NCBI GenBank assembly: GCA_013265495.1
Contig: MU057584.1
Coordinates: 62,001-126,000, forward strand
Length of the DNA: 64,000 nucleotides
Origin: Vicugna vicugna
Lineage: Eukaryota
Direction: 5' to 3'
Shown here piece after piece: positions 13,480 to 24,313 of this stretch (within the stretch, counting starts at the first letter, position 1; each line of letters begins with the position of its first letter). The translations under genes and the position numbers were made by a program. The notes beneath the pieces were generated by a model that made no database searches, was not told the DNA's origin, and saw only the letters and a program-made list of their open reading frames with translations.

Positions 13480-13900
13480 GCACTTTCTTGCCGAGGATTC
13501 TGGGAAGTGTAGTCCACGAGGGCCGGGTAGTCAGAGCCACTTCCGCTCTCCAAGGGAGGAGCGGTAGCCCTTGTTTCGCTCAGGAATTCTGGGAAATATG
13601 GTCCAGGTGCAGCTAAGAGTCCGGGCACTTCCGCTGCAGGAGTGGGAGGCCGGCGTTATCAGTACCTGCTGGGTGGTGAGTCGGTTTCTAGAACCTGCGT
13701 CGCTTCGAGCCTTCCTGGGCGTGGGAACTGCAGGTACCACTCTCGCCCTTGGGGAATAGAAGCCGCGGAGGGCAGGGGCGACAATTTTGGTCACTTTGGT
13801 GTTTAGGGCGGCTGGCGGGCGGGGGTCGCAGTCTCCGTTTTGAGAGTCTCTGGGACGCAGGTTTTCCCTCGCCTCCCCCACCTTCCGCACGCTCTGTCGT
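13480..13900 (+). promoter_or_regulatory. ZNF233: ZNF233 CpG-rich promoter and non-coding exon 1 (donor GTG|gtgagt, exon end 13675)
   Basis: CpG-rich. ZNF143/THAP11-type motif gattctgggaagtgtagtcc at 13496-13515 and a variant at about 13584-13604. ETS/GABP-type cacttccg at 13538-13545 and 13626-13633. Consensus donor at 13676. Confidence 0.75.
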
Positions 13901-15629
13901 TTTTTAGGGGTTATATCCAAGTAGAGTTATTTAATTTCTCCGTTTCTTTTCTGTAAAGTGGAGTCAATGTAGTACCTTACTAGTAGGCGTGAGGTGAGAT
14001 TTACGTGACGTAAATGGATGTAAAAATGCTTAGTACCGGGCCGTGGCACATGCTGAAAGGCGGTCGGTTGTTCCTAGTCTTTTATGTCTCTCCTAGAAGC
14101 GCTCAGTACCTGAAAGCCTCTGTGAGCCCGCAGTGGGTTCTGAGCTCCAGTTGCAGAGCCACTGGCTCGTCTCTGACCCCTGCGGAAAGGGGAGGTTTTC
14201 GTGGATTCCTAATGACTCCCTGCAACCCCGCCTCAACCCACCCCACCTTTTTTAAAGGAAGGAGTGGGTCTCACCCCCAGCTGGTGCCTGGGGATGTCAG
14301 CTGTGATTTATCCTGGACGAGAGATGTGGTTGTAGTATCTTCTAGCCTCCTTTCCTTTCCCCACCTTGACTTCTCAAAAAGGGCGCAGAGAGGAGGGAGT
14401 GACCCTTGACGCCAGGTAATACTGTCCCAACGTGAGAGCATTTATCGTGTTGTGTTATTTCTGCTCTCAAGTGAGCAAGACTTCCTTCACTCACTAGCAG
14501 ATTTTTTCTACTGGACAAATATTCAAATATTTATAGAGTAAATGGAATGAGATGTGTTGGTGAATGAGTAATAATTTTTTAACATATTGAGTGCTAAATA
14601 CTCTTCTACAGGCTTCATATAGATTAATTAGCATGATCTTCATGACAAACATACTGTTATAATCTGTATTTTACAGATGAGAACATTGATAGTTGAAGAA
14701 TTTAAGTTGTTTTCCCAAAGCCAAACAACAGGGAAGAGACAGAACTGGGAATCTGAACACAGGCAGCCTGAGTTCTTGACCTTTAAGCCATACTTTTGAA
14801 ACTGCAGGACCCTTGGGGACTTCTCAAGCTTGTTATTATGTACCAGGCACTGAGCCAAGGCTTTCCCCCGCTATTTTTAAACTTGAGATGTAATTTACAT
14901 ATCATAAGATTCCTCCCTTTAAAGTATACAACTCACTGTTTTTTAGTATGTTCACAAGGTTTTGCAGCCATCACCGCTGTCTAATTCCAGAACATTTTTG
15001 TCACCCCCAAAATGCCCCTGAGCCATCACCTCCCACCTGCTGCACTCCCAGCCCCTGGCAACCACTAATTTACTCTCTGTCCCTGTGGACTTACTCACTT
15101 AATCTCCAAAGCACGCTTATAAATTATTACCTGTTACGGCCACTACAGTCTTGTTCATTTAAGTGAGGCGGACTGTCGGACTTTTGTTTAAAATGAAGGA
15201 GAAAAAAATAGCAGTCATATTTTAAAATGGTTTTTCTTTACTACCGTCAGTGTAGGAGAGGACATGGGCCACTGAGACTCTTCTGGCTGCATGAAGACAA
15301 TTCACAAGTACTTACGTCTTTTACAAAACCAGATGCTGATATCAATGAAATATCATTAGAGGAGAACAAATGACTAAGTAATAAAGCCAGTCAGAACTAT
15401 GGGCTTGTCAGAGATAGAGGTGAATTTCTGAAGACAAAGCAGTGTACAGTCTCTGAAATCTGGATGTTGTAAAAGCCCCCTTTGTTGGAAAGGATGGCAG
15501 AAGATGTTTGCAAGGACAGTTTTAGGATGCATAATACCACCTGCTTTTCTGCAGATACAGTGAGATCAGTTTTAAGTTTCTGTCTACTCACACATTTGAC
15601 CCTGATAACAATCCTGTAAGGAAGCACTG

Positions 15630-15731
15630 TTTTTTTGTTTGTTTGTTTTTTTAATGGAGGCACTGGGGATTGAACCTACGACCTTGTGGATGCTAAGCAT
15701 GCGCTCTACCACTGAGCTATACTGCTTCCCC
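15630..15731 (-). mobile_element. tRNA-derived SINE (camelid Vic-1-like)
   Basis: Reverse complement GGGGAAGCAGTATAGCTCAGTGGTAGAGCG..GGTTCAATCCCCAGTGCCTCC with A tail; TSD gaagcactgtt. Confidence 0.8.
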
Positions 15732-15892
15732 TGACCCTGCCAGAAGCACTGTTCTTATTTTGCAGATGACAGCTTTGAGGCATAGGGAGGTTAATTAACT
15801 TAAGCAGAGTTAGTAGCAGCGTAAGAAAAACTCAGTCTTCCTCCTGCTTTTCGCCTTTATTCTTACACTGCTAGCCCGTTCACCACATTTCT

Positions 15893-16002
15893 TTTTTTTC
15901 TTTAATTTTATACTATTATTATTTTTAATGGTGGTACTGGGGATTGAACTCAGGACCTTGTGATGCTAAGTAGCACTCTACTGCTGAGCTATAACCAGCC
16001 CC
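15893..16002 (-). mobile_element. tRNA-derived SINE (Vic-1-like)
   Basis: Pol III A/B boxes; TSD ttcaccacatttct on both sides. Confidence 0.8.
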
Positions 16003-16015
16003 TTTCACCACATTT

Positions 16016-16760
16016 CTGACACCAGATGTGGATGGTTTCCTGCCCCCCACACCAGGCAATTCTGCTTTACCAGCTGGGTGCCCTACAATGTAACTCAATT
16101 CTAACACTGTCTACCTGGGGATAGCTTCAGATCCCACAGGTGAAGGACTCAGTCCCATGAGATTGCCCTCCCCCACTTCAGGTGCCATTCATAAGTAGTA
16201 GGTCCCCAGGTGACCTCCATCTTCTGACTTGGCTACAGATCAGAGGTTCCCATGACTCCTCCCCTTTGGATTCGATTGTTTGCTGATATGGTTCACAGAG
16301 CTCAGAAAAACACCTACTTAACATTTACCAAGTTGTTAAAGGATATGTTAAGGTTACAGAGCCAGATGAAAAGAGCTACCTAAGGCGAGGTCTGGGAGGG
16401 CGGGTCCCAAGCACGGGCGCGTCAGTCCCTCCTGGTGTGTGCATGTACTCACCCACCTGGAAGCTTCCGGAACCCCATACTATTGGAGTTTTATGGAGGC
16501 TTCCTCCGTAGGCGGAATCAAATGTTAACTCCATTTCCAGCCCCCTCCCCTCTCTGGAGAATGGTGGGGTGGTGAGGCTGAAAAATTCCAAGCATCAAAT
16601 CATGGTTTGGCCGTCCCGGTGACCAGCCCCCATCCAGGAGCCCATCAAGAGTCACCTCATTAGAACAAAAACACCCCTCCACCCCCAGGAAATCACAAGG
16701 GTTTCTGGGGCCCTGAGTCAGGAACTGGAGGCAGAAACCGATAGATGATTTCCCAGTTGC
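16016..16760 (-). mobile_element. MER21-like LTR
   Basis: Same motifs as the 9.5-10.4 kb element (ccagctgggtgccctacaat, cagatcccacaggtgaaggactcagtccc). Confidence 0.65.
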
Positions 16761-17068
16761 TTTACCAGGATTGACCTGTTGGCCCCAGAGTCTACTCTCA
16801 TAGCCAGTATATTCCACTGCCCTTTCGTTTTCCCTGATACCGAGGATAAGAATAAGGATCCTGAACCCTGGAGACCACAAGGGATGCGTGTGTGAGCCCT
16901 GCTGCTTAGACCTGAGCAGAGTGTCCACTGCACAGGGGCCCCTGGCTGAGGGGCTAGTGACTTACACACGGCAGGCACTTGGGGTCGGACCTCCGTCTCA
17001 TGGCTTCTTTCTCCTTCGCCAGCTGTGCCTTCGCAGGACTCTGCGCTTCCACAGAAGGGGCAAGAAAA

Positions 17069-17083
17069 ATGACCAAGTGTCAG
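17069..17083 (+). CDS. ZNF233: ZNF233 exon 2 coding part (MTKCQ); exon approx. 17023-17083
   Basis: ctccttcgccag|...aagaaaaATGACCAAGTGTCAG|gtgagt; homologous to ZNF235 exon 2 (MTKFQ). Confidence 0.85.
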
Positions 17084-19776
17084 GTGAGTTGATGTTTATC
17101 TCTTAAGATTACATCTCTTTTCTCAAAGATGAGACACATCTTTTTTCTCTTCCAGGGGAAGGGTAAAGGAAGAGAACAGGTGTCTGTTATGTGCCAGTTA
17201 CTTGCTTCTTTGTTGGTTCTAGTTATTGTTTTTGCTTTTAGTTTTTGTTTCATATTATTATCATCTTCATTTCACAAATAACAGTACAGAAATTCACAGA
17301 GACCAAGAAATTTTAAAAGCTCAACTTAATACATTGCCTGTGAATCAGCTATACTTGATATAATTACAATCACAGTATACGTACACTTTTCAGTTTTATT
17401 TTTTCATTTAATGTTACCACTTGAGTTTTTTATGATTCAGTATTCTTCTATGAATTGTCTCAGAAGGGTTTTGATTTTTTTTGTCTGACATTTCAGAAGC
17501 TCCACTTCCTCATACAGACTGCTGTGCCTCTGAGCAGATTTTGTTTTGATTCATAACACTTGCATAGGGCTTTTAAAAATGAAATATAATTTACTTGAAA
17601 AAATGACACAGATCCTAAGTGTCAGATCAGTGACCGTTGTAGGCCCCATTTTGAAAGTTGTGTAATTGCATTAGCCCACTACCCAAAACAGAAATAGAAC
17701 ATTTACATTACCTTCCAGAGTTCTCTCATGTCTCTTTCAAGTCAGTTTCTTACCCCTGGAGGGCATCAACTGTTCTGATCTGTCATCGCATCATTAGATT
17801 TCCTTGTTTTCAAATTAAATATCATCAGTGAAATCATACTGTATGTACTCTTGTGTCTGGCTTTTCACTCAGCATAATGTTTTTGAGATTCATCTATGCT
17901 GTTGCTTGTGTCAGTAATTCATATCTTTATCCTGTTCCATTTTCTGAATGTATCAAAGTGTGCTTATCCTTTTGAAGGAGCTTTGAGTTGTTTACAGCTT
18001 TTAATTGTTATGCATGAAGTTTCTTTGAGCATTCTGGGCAGGTCTTATGGACATATATTTTTGTATCTCTTGGGTAAACATCTCGAAGTGGAACAACTGG
18101 GTTTGTAGGTGAATATAAACTGTTTTCCAGACTGGTTGTACCATTTTACAACCCATCGGTGATGCATAAAGGTTTCAGCTTGCTCCTTTGCTGCCATTTG
18201 CTGCTGTAGATCTTTTTTATTTTAGCCATTCTAATAAAATGACATCTCACCATGACTGTGACTTGTATTTCCCTCATGATAAATGATGTTGGATGCTTTT
18301 TCATGTGTTTTTGCCATTGGCAGATCCTTTTTGAAAAGTTTATTGAAGTCATTTGCCTGTAAAATTTGACTTCTACTTTTTATTATTAAGGAGTTCCTTA
18401 TATTTTCGGAGTTCAAGTCCCTTGTCAGATATATGTACTGTGAGTAATTTTTTTCCATTCTGTGGTTTGTCTATTTGTTTTCTTAATTGTGCCTTTAAAA
18501 ATCATTTCTGAGGTGAAATTTACATATAACTTACATGTAATAAATGTATTCAATCACTTTTGACAAATATGCATCCCTGTGTGACCATTGTCACAATCCA
18601 AGTGTAGATCTCCATCATCAGAAAGGTTCTCTGAATACCAAATGATATCACTTATATGTGGAATCTAAAAAAAAAGACACAAATAGACTTGTTTACAAAA
18701 CAGAGACAGACTCACAGACATAGAAAACAAACTTGTGGTTACCAGGGAGCAAAGGGGGTGGGAAGGGATAAATTGGGAGTTCGAGATTTTCAAATACTAC
18801 TATATAGAAAATAGATAAACAACAAGGTCCTATTGTATAGCAGAGAGAACTATATTCAGTATCTTGCAGTAATCTATAATGAAAATATATGTATATATAC
18901 TTATGACTGAAGCATTATGTTGTACACCAGAAATTGACACAACATTGTAAACTGACTATATGTCGATCTAAGAAAATAATAAAATCACAAAGAAAGGTTG
19001 TCTGGTGCCCCTTCCCAGTTAATCACAATCCCACATCCCCAGCTGTAGGCAACAACTGATTTACTTTATGTCACTGTAGGTGCGATTCATCTCTTCTTGC
19101 ATTTCATGCTGATGGAATTCTACAGTGTGTGCTTTCTGTGTCTGGCTTCATCTGTTCATCATGTTTGTGAACACGTGACAACAGTTTGCTTCTTATTGCT
19201 GCGTAGTACTTTGTTGCATGGGTATACCACAGCTTAGTTATTCATTCACCTGTTGATGGACATTTATGGTTGTGGTAAAATATACATAGAAAGTACCATT
19301 TTAAGTGTACAGTTCGGTGGCATTAGGTACATTCACTGTTGGGCAACTGTCACCACCACCCATCTCTAGAACTCTTTTTCATCATCTCAAAGTGAAATTC
19401 CATACCCATTAAACAGTCATTCCCTACCCTCCTCTCGCCCAGTCTCTGGCAACCATCATTTTACTTTCTGTCTCTGTGTATTTGACTACTCTAGTCTATC
19501 TCATGTAAGTGGAATCATCCACGTAATCCTTTTGTGACTGGCTTGTTTCAGACTTCATCCATCTGACCAGGATTTTAAAGCAACCATCATAAATAGTTCA
19601 TTCTAGCATACAGGATCGGTATGCGAGGTGGAGAAGAGGAGGAAACAACATAAGGTAGACTCAAGGCCCTCAGAATCCAGAACAGCTTCCCACCCATCCT
19701 TTCCACCCACTCAGTGCTGCCCCTTCCCAGTGGCTGCTGATCAGAAGATTGAGGTTGTATGTGCTTCATGTTGTAG

Positions 19777-19920
<144 letters not shown>

Positions 19921-20003
19921 TGACTCAGTGTCAGCCCCTAGGAGTGGCTTTGTATCCTTGGTTTCAAATGTTTAAGACTTTGGAGCTCTTGAAATGCTTC
20001 CCT

Positions 20004-20136
20004 GGGGCGTGGGCATAGCTCAGGGGTGGAGCACATGCCTGGCATGCATGAGGTCCTGGGTTCAATCCCCAGTACCTCCATTAACAAAATCTTAAAATAA
20101 AAACATTTTTTATATTAAAAAAGTTTTAAAAAGCAG
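20004..20136 (+). mobile_element. tRNA-derived SINE (Vic-1-like)
   Basis: gcatagctcaggggtggagcacatg..gaggtcctgggttcaatccccagtacctcc plus A-rich tail. Confidence 0.8.
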
Positions 20137-20583
20137 TGCTTCGCTGAATCTAGGGGCCTGAACTTCCTAATTCCTGTGGAATATCTCATCTATACCTTGT
20201 CTGTTTTTTCAAATTGTATTTGTGACATCTTGGGGTTTAAAATCAGTGGATTACATCAAATTGCATTTAATGCAATAGGACAGAAATAGCATAGCTTCTT
20301 GTCAGGAACTGCATATAGTGCAACAAAAATTGTGAGTAAAAGACAGGAAAGGAGAAGAGATAGGAGTAGATAATGGTTAGGATCAGGTCATTTGATCCCT
20401 TGACTCAGTGATGTGCATCTGTGTATTTGCATACTGGGTCACAGCATAAAAGGTGTTTATTACAACAGGTCACCATCAGAATTTGGAAAAATGCTACTTA
20501 GCCACATGAAGATCGTTACATTGGAATGAAAATTTTTACCTTTAATGCGTTCACCTTATACATGTGCCACTTCTTTTTCACAG

Positions 20584-20667
20584 GCCATCCATCCTTCAGG
20601 TTAGGGTTGATATTACAGGTCGGGAGAGAGGAGAAGCTTTGGGCGATGGAGACAGAAACCCAAGGAG
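20584..20667 (+). CDS. ZNF233: ZNF233 KRAB-B exon (3' end uncertain: 20667 or 20694)
   Basis: ttttcacag|(G)HPSFRLGLILQVGREEKLWAMETETQG. The expected 96-bp end at 20679 has no GT; in-frame GT donors occur at 20668 and 20695. Confidence 0.75.
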
Positions 20668-20819
20668 GTGGGTGTTCAAGAGAGAACTGTGCAGGTGTGA
20701 GTCCTTGCAGCTCACAGAGTGGACGATGAGGCAGTGTGATGAAAGAATTATTTCAGAACACTGGTTATCTCCTGTTGGATGTCTAGCCTGATTTTAATTT
20801 CTGTGCTGCTTGTATTTGC

Positions 20820-21440
20820 CATCTATTGCCGAAGGGCAAATTACTCTTAAACCTAGCAGCTTTAAACTACAGGCATTAGGCCGCTCTCACCTTCTGAGAT
20901 GGACTGCATTCTACCTATAGAATGTGTAGCTCTCTAAGTAAACTCGCTTTCACCTAAAAACAGAGTACAGGCGTCCCGGATTCTGTGAGTCAGGAACCTG
21001 AGGGCAGTTCAGCTGGAGGGGGGTCCTGGCTCAGGGTCTCGGGGAGCAGTTGTCAGGGAGGCGGCCAGGACTGCAGTTCTCTAAAGGCTTAATGGGCTTG
21101 AAGGATCTGCTTCCAAGAAGGGCTCATTCCCAGGGTTATTGACAGAAGGCCCCAGTCCTTCCCCGGCTGTTGGCAGGAGGCCTCAGTTCCTTGCCACGTG
21201 GGCATCTCCCTGGGGCTGCCTGAGTGTCCTCAAAACATGGCAGCTGGTTTCCCCAAGCTAATTGCTCCCCAAGGGAGTGGGAGGCAGAGACCACAAGGTC
21301 TTTTGTGACATAACCTTGGAAGTGATACACCATCACTTCTGCCATATTCCATTGGCTTCGCAGAACAATACTGAAACATTGTGGAGGGGACTTCAGTAGG
21401 GTGTGGGTATCAGGAGGGAGGGATCCCTGGGGACTGCCTT
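20820..21440 (-). mobile_element. MLT1-type MaLR LTR relic
   Basis: tctgtgagtcaggaac..ggctcagggtctc..gaaggatctgcttccaag..cctcagttccttgccacgtggg..catcacttctgccatattccattgg. Confidence 0.65.
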
Positions 21441-22083
21441 GTCTGCTGGCTGCACAGTACCTTTTGGTATTTGCAGATGGATGTCTGCAGGACCTGGAAG
21501 ATAATTCAGTCTTGTCAAAAAATTCAGCTGAATTAAATGGCAATAATTATCATAGGATTTTTACTCCAATAGGATGTATCAGTTATGGGAGTAAGTTTTC
21601 TGGGTTTTTTTTTTTCAGTTATAGTGTTCACTAGTTGAATATTATATTTTAGGACATCATTGAATCAAGGGAAATTTTCTCAGATCTAGCCTGTGTATAA
21701 CAAGTGTGTTTAATGGCTAAATTAAGTAAACAAGTTTACCATCTCGGGTTCATCATCAGAACAGAGGAGATATTTCCCTTTGCCAATATATTCTTTTCAC
21801 TTTTGCTGAGAACATCCCCTGCTCTGTAGCCTTGTATTTCTAATTTTGACCTTGTTCGTAAGTCTCCATATATTAGTTCTCAATGAGTCTCATTAACACT
21901 TAGTGGATGGGAGCCTGCTTATCACCTCTTTGTTTCCCTAGGCATGAAAAAACTAAGATAGATTCCAGCTGAACTCAGCGCTGATTGAATAGAATCTCCC
22001 AATAGGGCCAACTTGTTAAATATTTTTATCCTTGAACATTCATTGTACTCACTTCCATCTCTGAATTCTCTTTGTCCTTCCAG

Positions 22084-23927
22084 GACACAGGAATCCAAAT
22101 GAACTAGAGATTCTTCAAGAAGGTGGATTAAGATACCTTTTACATGAAGACCTTATGGGCTGGCAGATATGGGAACAATTTATAAGTAAACTACCCAGAA
22201 CTCAAGACCCGATAATAAATCTGCAAGGTAGGAAATCCAAGTTGCCAGAACAAGATGATGCCTCCTGTCAGATATGGGCAGGAGAATCTACTCAGGTTCC
22301 TGAAGATGGGAACTGTGTAACAGAGCCTCAAGGGGAGAGTTCCAGCAGTATCAAAAATCAAGAATTTCCAACTCAGCCCTCCTGGGATTTCTGGAAGAAA
22401 ATGTACCTGAGAGAGTCACAGAATTATCAGAGGAGGAATCAGCAAATTGACATAAAAAATAAGACGGGTAAGTGTGGTCATTGTATTATGAGAAGGATCC
22501 CTGCTCAGCATGGTGACCAGGAAGTACACAAAAGTGGGGAGGCTTGTAGCCACAATAATCATGGAAAAGACTGCACAGAGAACTCATCCCAGCATAGTAT
22601 GATCCACCCAGGAGAGCAGACCTGTGATGAGAGTGGAAAAGCCTTCAGCCTTGACTCTGATCTTGAATTCCATCAGCAACTGCCCCAAGGAGAGAAGCCC
22701 TGTGTGTGCAGTGAGTGTAGGAAGGGCACGAGTTCTAGCCCAGTGTTTCACATCCATCCGAGTGTTCACACAGGGGAGAGATGCAGTAGGAGTGATGAGT
22801 GTGGTATGGATCAGAGAGCCAGCACAGACGAGAAACGCTTCCACTGTCAGGTGCATGCTGAGAGCTTCTGTCAGAACTCCTCCCTTCCCACCTGGGAGCC
22901 TGATCACCCAGGGGAGCATCGGTATGTGCGTGGCAGGCATGGGAGGGCCGCCAGTCACAGCTTCAACCTTAACAGTCACTGCATAGCCAACACTGGAGGG
23001 AAATCCCGGAAACGTGAGCAGTGTGATACAGGCCTCAGTCAGACATCACAACCTCAAGGTCATCAGAGAGCCCAACCCAGAGACAAAACATACAAAAAGG
23101 CATGTGACAGGATATCCAATCAGAACTCTGTTCCTCAGTGGAGAGTTCACACTGGAGAGAAACTGTATCAATGCAAGGTGTGTGGGAAGGACTTCAGTAA
23201 GGCCTCAAACCTCCAGGCCCATCAGAGGATCCATACCGGGGAGAAACCATACAAATGTGATGTATGTGATAAGAACTTCAGCCGGAATTCCCACCTCCAG
23301 GCCCATCAGAGAGTCCACACTGGAGAAAAACCCTATAGATGTGACATGTGTGGCAAGGACTTCAGTCAGATCTCCCATCTCCAGGCCCACCAGAGAGTCC
23401 ACACCGGAGAGAAGCCCTACAAGTGTGAGACATGCGGGAAGGGCTTCAGTCAGAGCTCACATGTGCAAGACCACCAGAGGGTCCACACCGGAGAGAAGCC
23501 CTACACGTGTGACGTGTGTGGGAAGGGTTTCAGCTGGAGTTCACACCTTCAGGCCCATCAGAGAGTTCATACTGGGGAGAAACCCTACAGGTGTGAAGCA
23601 TGTGGGAAAGGCTTCATCTGGAACTCCTACCTTCATGTCCATCAGAGGATCCACACGGGAGAGAAACCCTACAAGTGTGGCATGTGTGGGAGGAGCTTCA
23701 GTCAGACCTCACATCTTCAGGCCCATCGGAGGGTCCACACAGGCGAGAAACCCTACAGATGTATTGATTGTGGTCAAGGCTTTAGCAAGCGATCCTGTCT
23801 TCAAGTTCATCAGAGAGTCCATAATGGTGGTCAGCCCAGTTCACTTGCCAAGTGTGAGAAGAGTGTTCTTCAGACTGCAGACTTCCCATTTCCATCAGAA
23901 AACCCGCACAGCTGGGGCTATTTATAA
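22084..23927 (+). CDS. ZNF233: ZNF233 spacer + zinc-finger exon
   Basis: ccttccag|GA CAC AGG AAT.. is in frame with ORF 22155-23927. Several degenerate fingers, then 8 canonical fingers (KASNLQAH, RNSHLQAH, QISHLQAH, QSSHVQDH, WSSHLQAH, WNSYLHVH, QTSHLQAH, KRSCLQVH). Spacer WQIWEQF..WDFWKKMYLRE matches recalled ZNF233. Confidence 0.9.
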
Positions 23928-24188
23928 AATGTTGTGTTTTCAGAATTCAGGAGTGAGCTGCATTTTTCACAGTCATTCCATCGAAGGAAACCTATCGGTT
24001 GTATGAACATGGCCAGTGTTTCCCACAGAGCCCCAAACTTCACAATTCTCAAAGAGAATGCACAACAGAGAAACCTGGTCAGAATGGTACAGTTTGAGTT
24101 TCAGTCCAAACCTTCATACTCAGTAGAATCCACACCAGGAGAGGCTGCCAGAATGATACAGGGTCAGGATGTCAACAAAAGTAATGAT

Positions 24189-24313
24189 GGGGGAGGGGCG
24201 GATACAGTACAGCTCAGTGGTAGAGTGCGTGCTTAGCATGCCCTAGGTCCTGGGTTCAATCCCCAGTACTTCCACTAAAAAAACCTAATTATCTCCCGTC
24301 ACCAAAACCAAAA
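24189..24313 (+). mobile_element. tRNA-derived SINE (Vic-1-like) in the ZNF233 3' region
   Basis: cagctcagtggtagagtgcgtgcttagcatg..gggttcaatccccagtacttcc..acctaattatctccc. Confidence 0.8.

Noticed and set aside
23014..24006. 330-aa overlapping ORF in an alternative frame of ZNF233 (also 993-1457 and 41497-42102)
   Set aside because: Shifted frames of C2H2 arrays are routinely open ([17 protein letters not shown] repeats); no independent evidence of coding.
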